Shown: positions 28,685-31,418 of the stretch, piece by piece
Layout of the letters: every line of letters begins with the position of its first letter
Numbering within the stretch: position 1 is the stretch's first letter
Assembly: GCA_019358935.1 (NCBI GenBank)
Contig: JAHHIK010000097.1
Coordinates: 1 to 31,418, forward strand
Length of the DNA: 31,418 bases
Direction: 5' to 3'
Source of the DNA: Tolypothrix carrinoi HA7290-LM1
Lineage (GTDB): Bacteria; Cyanobacteriota; Cyanobacteriia; Cyanobacteriales; Nostocaceae
The notes under the pieces: generated by a model
What the model was told of the DNA's origin: nothing
The model's database searches: none
What the model saw: only the letters and a program-made list of their open reading frames with translations
Program-made: the position numbers and the translations under genes

Positions 28685-28919
28685 TTTGCACTCATTACCC
28701 GACGATTAAAGTCGCGGCTACAAAACATTGTATTTAGCTTGCGTGTGCCTGCTTTGTACGCACAACGCCCCAGACTTTAGTTTGAGGGCATTTAGCATCT
28801 TTTGCAATAGCTGCATTACAAAGTCATACCCAACTTTAACCCCAATACAGCATGTACAAACAGTATACAAAGTGCCGTACTACCCACATAAGCGTGAACC
28901 GTCCGTAACCCAGCTTTAT

Positions 28920-29376
28920 AACACTTTTAGCTGAAAACCCCGAAATTAAAACCTAAAAACCCAAAAAGTTTTTAGGTTTTAATGTCTTTTAAGTCGGGGA
29001 TGAAAGCCGTGCGGGGGATTTATCCCCCGGTTGATTTTGTGTTATCTTATTTTTAACAGGAAGGGTAATCAACCTGTATAAAAACCTAACTGCTTAACAG
29101 CAATCTGTACCTTGACAATTGAATCTTGTTGGTTCTACTGCATTGTTCTAGTTTCCTCCTAGCAGTAGGTAAAAGATTCATAGGAACTAGACGACTCAGA
29201 ATTTTGAAACAAATCGTTTCAGTTAAACAGAACTTGCAGCAATGCAACTAGGGTAGGGCATACCCAAAGTTACGCTTGGGGAGAGTCCCACCTCTGGGCT
29301 AGGTAACGTAAGGAACCTAGTTTAAGTGGTCTCGTTGAACCAAGAATCCCCGTCGATTTATCGCGGGGAGTGTCAA
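28920..29376 (+). mobile_element. 457-bp non-autonomous IS200/IS605-family element (no tnpA or tnpB ORF) inserted 3' of TTTAT without target duplication
   Basis: Excision restores GGA AAT AAA GCT in the host gene. Left end AAAA-CCCCG..CGGGG; right end GAAT-CCCCG..CGGGG-AGTG-TCAA. Confidence 0.9.
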
Positions 29377-29396
29377 TTCCCCCAAAGCCACTTAGA
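29251..29396 (+). ncRNA. Putative omegaRNA/reRNA scaffold (tnpB-tail-derived) plus ~20-nt flanking guide
   Basis: GGGTAGGGCATACCC..ACGCTTGGGGAGAG..CACCTCTGGG..AAGTGG..GTTGAACCAAGAATCCCCG resembles cyanobacterial tnpB 3' tails (AWGE..SLNQESP). Expression is not demonstrable from sequence. Confidence 0.6.
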
Positions 29397-29479
29397 GAGA
29401 TTGCACCGTTAATCAATAAAAGTAATAGCACAACTGAACCTGTGTAACGTCTCTACATGTTTTCTGTAGATGTCTAATG

Positions 29480-29590
29480 CATCGGTCCGTTATGCTATAA
29501 CATCGGTCCGTTATGCTATAACATCGGTCCGTTATGCTATAACATCGGTCCGTTATGCTATAACATCGGTCCGTTATGCTATAACATCGA
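29480..29590. repeat. Tandem array of 5 identical 21-bp units CATCGGTCCGTTATGCTATAA plus a partial unit
   Basis: Directly visible. Confidence 0.97.
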
Positions 29591-29682
29591 CCCGCAAAAA
29601 TTAACCCACCTTTCTTTAACCAAGCCGAGGTTAACTTTTAATCGCACCTCTGACTAAAATCACTGTACTCTCTACATTGGAT

Positions 29683-29714
29683 GCGTTCACGAAGTGACTC
29701 CAAAGGAGTATCGC
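29683..29714. mobile_element. 24-bp double-hairpin SDR inserted in a HIP1 site
   Basis: GCG|TTCACGAAGTGACTCCAAAGGAGT|ATCGC; removing the insert restores GCGATCGC. Confidence 0.75.
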
Positions 29715-30130
29715 TTCAAAGAATATTGCCTTTAACCGCTTGCTATAAAAATGAGGGCTTTCTAAAATTGGTTGATGCTGCATTACCAAAGACAACACTC
29801 CACCTGTATAACCGAGTGCCATAAATAAAAACATCCACGGCGCTAGTTTACGATGATCGCTGCGACTTTTGAGCGCCGCATCTTTATCTTCAACAACTCG
29901 TCCTCTAAAACCAGTTAATCCCACAAAACTACCCATGACAAAAACAACGATCGCCATCAGAGCGCGGATGTCCCCAATGCACAATCGGTTCAGGGATTCC
30001 TAGAGAGCGAAATTCTGGGGCGATCGGTTCTAGAACTTCTGTTAAATTCACCATTCGTATTTCACAGCCTTCTCACTGTTTATCAAGAGAGCATACTCTT
30101 TCAGATTAAGCAAAGTAGTTTGTCAAGCTT

Positions 30131-30346
30131 TTATTGTCGTAGGCTTTGGAGGAAATCGAGCTTTGCTGTAAAATAATCAGCAACTTCTGTGGAAGTAAGC
30201 CGTATCACTTTTGTTTGATGTCGAATTGGTTGTAATGCTGCACCCAAAGTGCAATGTCAACTGCTAGCCTTTCTGTATACACATCTGGGATTCATCCCAG
30301 GTATCCGAAAATAGTCGCCAATTTGTAGTTGTTCAAAATTCATCAT
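30131..30346 (-). pseudogene. Small ~71-aa hypothetical protein with an in-frame TGA at codon 30
   Basis: MMNFEQLQIGDYFRIPGMNPRCVYRKASS*HCTLGAALQPIRHQTKVIRLTSTEVADYFTAKLDFLQSLRQ*; it fills the gap between glyQ and the DUF4079-like gene on the same strand. Confidence 0.6.
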
Positions 30347-30432
30347 TGTGCAAAGAGTGAAAAGACAAAAAAAGATAAGGTAGAAAACTCCTTATCTTCT
30401 TCATTTGTTGTATTGTATATCGCCAAGACTAA

Positions 30433-31311
30433 TTAAACTGTTGCCTTGTTAAGTAGCGGAAAACCCAGTTTCTCTCTTTGTTCCACATAAAGCTGCGCTA
30501 CCCTTCGCGCCAAATGGCGAATCCTTGCTATGTAGCGAGTTCGCTCCGTGACAGAAATCACGCCTCTTGCATCTAACAAGTTAAACATATGCGAACACTT
30601 TAAAACGTAGTCCAAGCTGGGTAACACCAGCCCTCGCTCGGTTAATTGCGTAGCTTCCTGCTCATACATATTAAATAGTGTCAGCAGCATCTCAGGATTA
30701 GAGGCTTCAAAATTGTAAACACATTGCTCAATCTCTCCTTGCAGGTGAACGTCTCCATAAGTAATATTGTCTGTCCAACGAATCTTAGTGAGTGCCTCCA
30801 CTTCTTGGAGGTACATCATCAGTCGTTCCAAACCGTATGTAATTTCAATGGAAACAGGACGGCAATCAATTCCTCCACACTGCTGGAAGTAAGTAAACTG
30901 GGTAACTTCCATTCCATCTAACCAAACTTCCCAACCAGTACCCCAAGCACCTACGGTCGCATCTTCCCAATTATCCTCCACAAACCGGATATCGTGGTCT
31001 TCTGGACGAATCCCTAACGCTGTGAGGGAATCGAGATAAATTTCTTGGATATTATCTGGTGAAGGTTTAATTAGAACTTGGAACTGATAATAGTGTTGAA
31101 AGCGATTGGGATTTTCACCATAACGTCCATCAGTAGGACGACGACAAGGTTCAACATAAGCCACAGCCCAAGGTTCTGGTCCCAACGCTCGTAAAAAAGT
31201 ATGCGGGTTTTTGGTGCCTGCTCCTTTCTCAATGTCATATGGCTGGGCAATCAAACAACCGCGATCGCTCCAGAATTTATGCAATACAGCTATTACCGAC
31301 TGAAAAATCAC
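30433..31311 (-). CDS. glyQ: Glycine--tRNA ligase alpha subunit
   Basis: [44 protein letters not shown] and EITYGLERL. Confidence 0.98.
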   Translation of the reverse strand: MIFQSVIAVLHKFWSDRGCLIAQPYDIEKGAGTKNPHTFLRALGPEPWAVAYVEPCRRPTDGRYGENPNRFQHYYQFQVLIKPSPDNIQEIYLDSLTALGIRPEDHDIRFVEDNWEDATVGAWGTGWEVWLDGMEVTQFTYFQQCGGIDCRPVSIEITYGLERLMMYLQEVEALTKIRWTDNITYGDVHLQGEIEQCVYNFEASNPEMLLTLFNMYEQEATQLTERGLVLPSLDYVLKCSHMFNLLDARGVISVTERTRYIARIRHLARRVAQLYVEQREKLGFPLLNKATV

Positions 31312-31418
31312 GTTTTAGTCTCCTTGGCTTGAAGCGTGCATTATTCATTGTGGCTTAAACTGTATGCTCTGACTACATTTGAGGCGACTACAAAAAAATC
31401 TCAAAAAAACTTTGAGAA

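Larger units (their letters stand above)
28816..30054 (-). pseudogene. DUF4079-like membrane protein broken by a frameshift (~29963), a ~300-bp insertion (29444-29746) and a mini-IS (28920-29376)
   Basis: Pieces join to MVNLTEVLEPIAPEFRSLGIPEPIVHWGHP/ALMAIVVFVMG..ILESPHF/TGSVVLLLLLINGAISLSGFGG/NKAGLRTVHAYVGSTALCILFVHAVLGLKLGMTL*. Confidence 0.85.

Noticed and set aside
28920..29376. IStron (group I intron-IS hybrid)
   Set aside because: The element is antisense to the host gene, ends in TCAA rather than a terminal G, and shows no recognisable group I core.
29631..29984. 117-aa ORF as an intact gene
   Set aside because: It is the middle fragment of the DUF4079-like pseudogene reading into inserted DNA.
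30257..30259. In-frame TGA as selenocysteine (SS*HC)
   Set aside because: No convincing SECIS hairpin follows it, and the neighbouring gene is also decayed; a TCA-to-TGA nonsense change is simpler.

Overview
Chromosomal window from a filamentous Nostocales-type cyanobacterium. The assignment rests on roughly 30 HIP1 GCGATCGC sites counted by eye, heptamer STRR tracts and many short dispersed repeats. Housekeeping genes are aroC, comEC, glyQ, tRNA-Ser(CGA), a radical SAM protein and a SemiSWEET transporter. These are interleaved with five kinds of accessory material. (i) A dispersed but recognisable uncharacterised gene set: acyl-CoA-dehydrogenase-like, PIG-L deacetylase, HAD::NodS-type methyltransferase fusion and GT2, together with a Rieske-FAD oxidoreductase, two MFS transporters and a Rof-like protein. 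(ii) An AAA-ATPase-TM-WD40 protein with 15 nearly identical repeats that vary essentially at only five positions. (iii) Two IS200/IS605-family insertions whose ends can be mapped to the base, including a 457-bp ORF-less element that keeps an omegaRNA-like right end. (iv) Nested miniature mobile elements and two related 21-bp tandem arrays. (v) Several pseudogenes: a serine hydrolase, a DUF4079-like gene, a BrnT toxin remnant and a small ORF with an internal TGA. All family assignments come from motif recognition by eye; no database searches were run.
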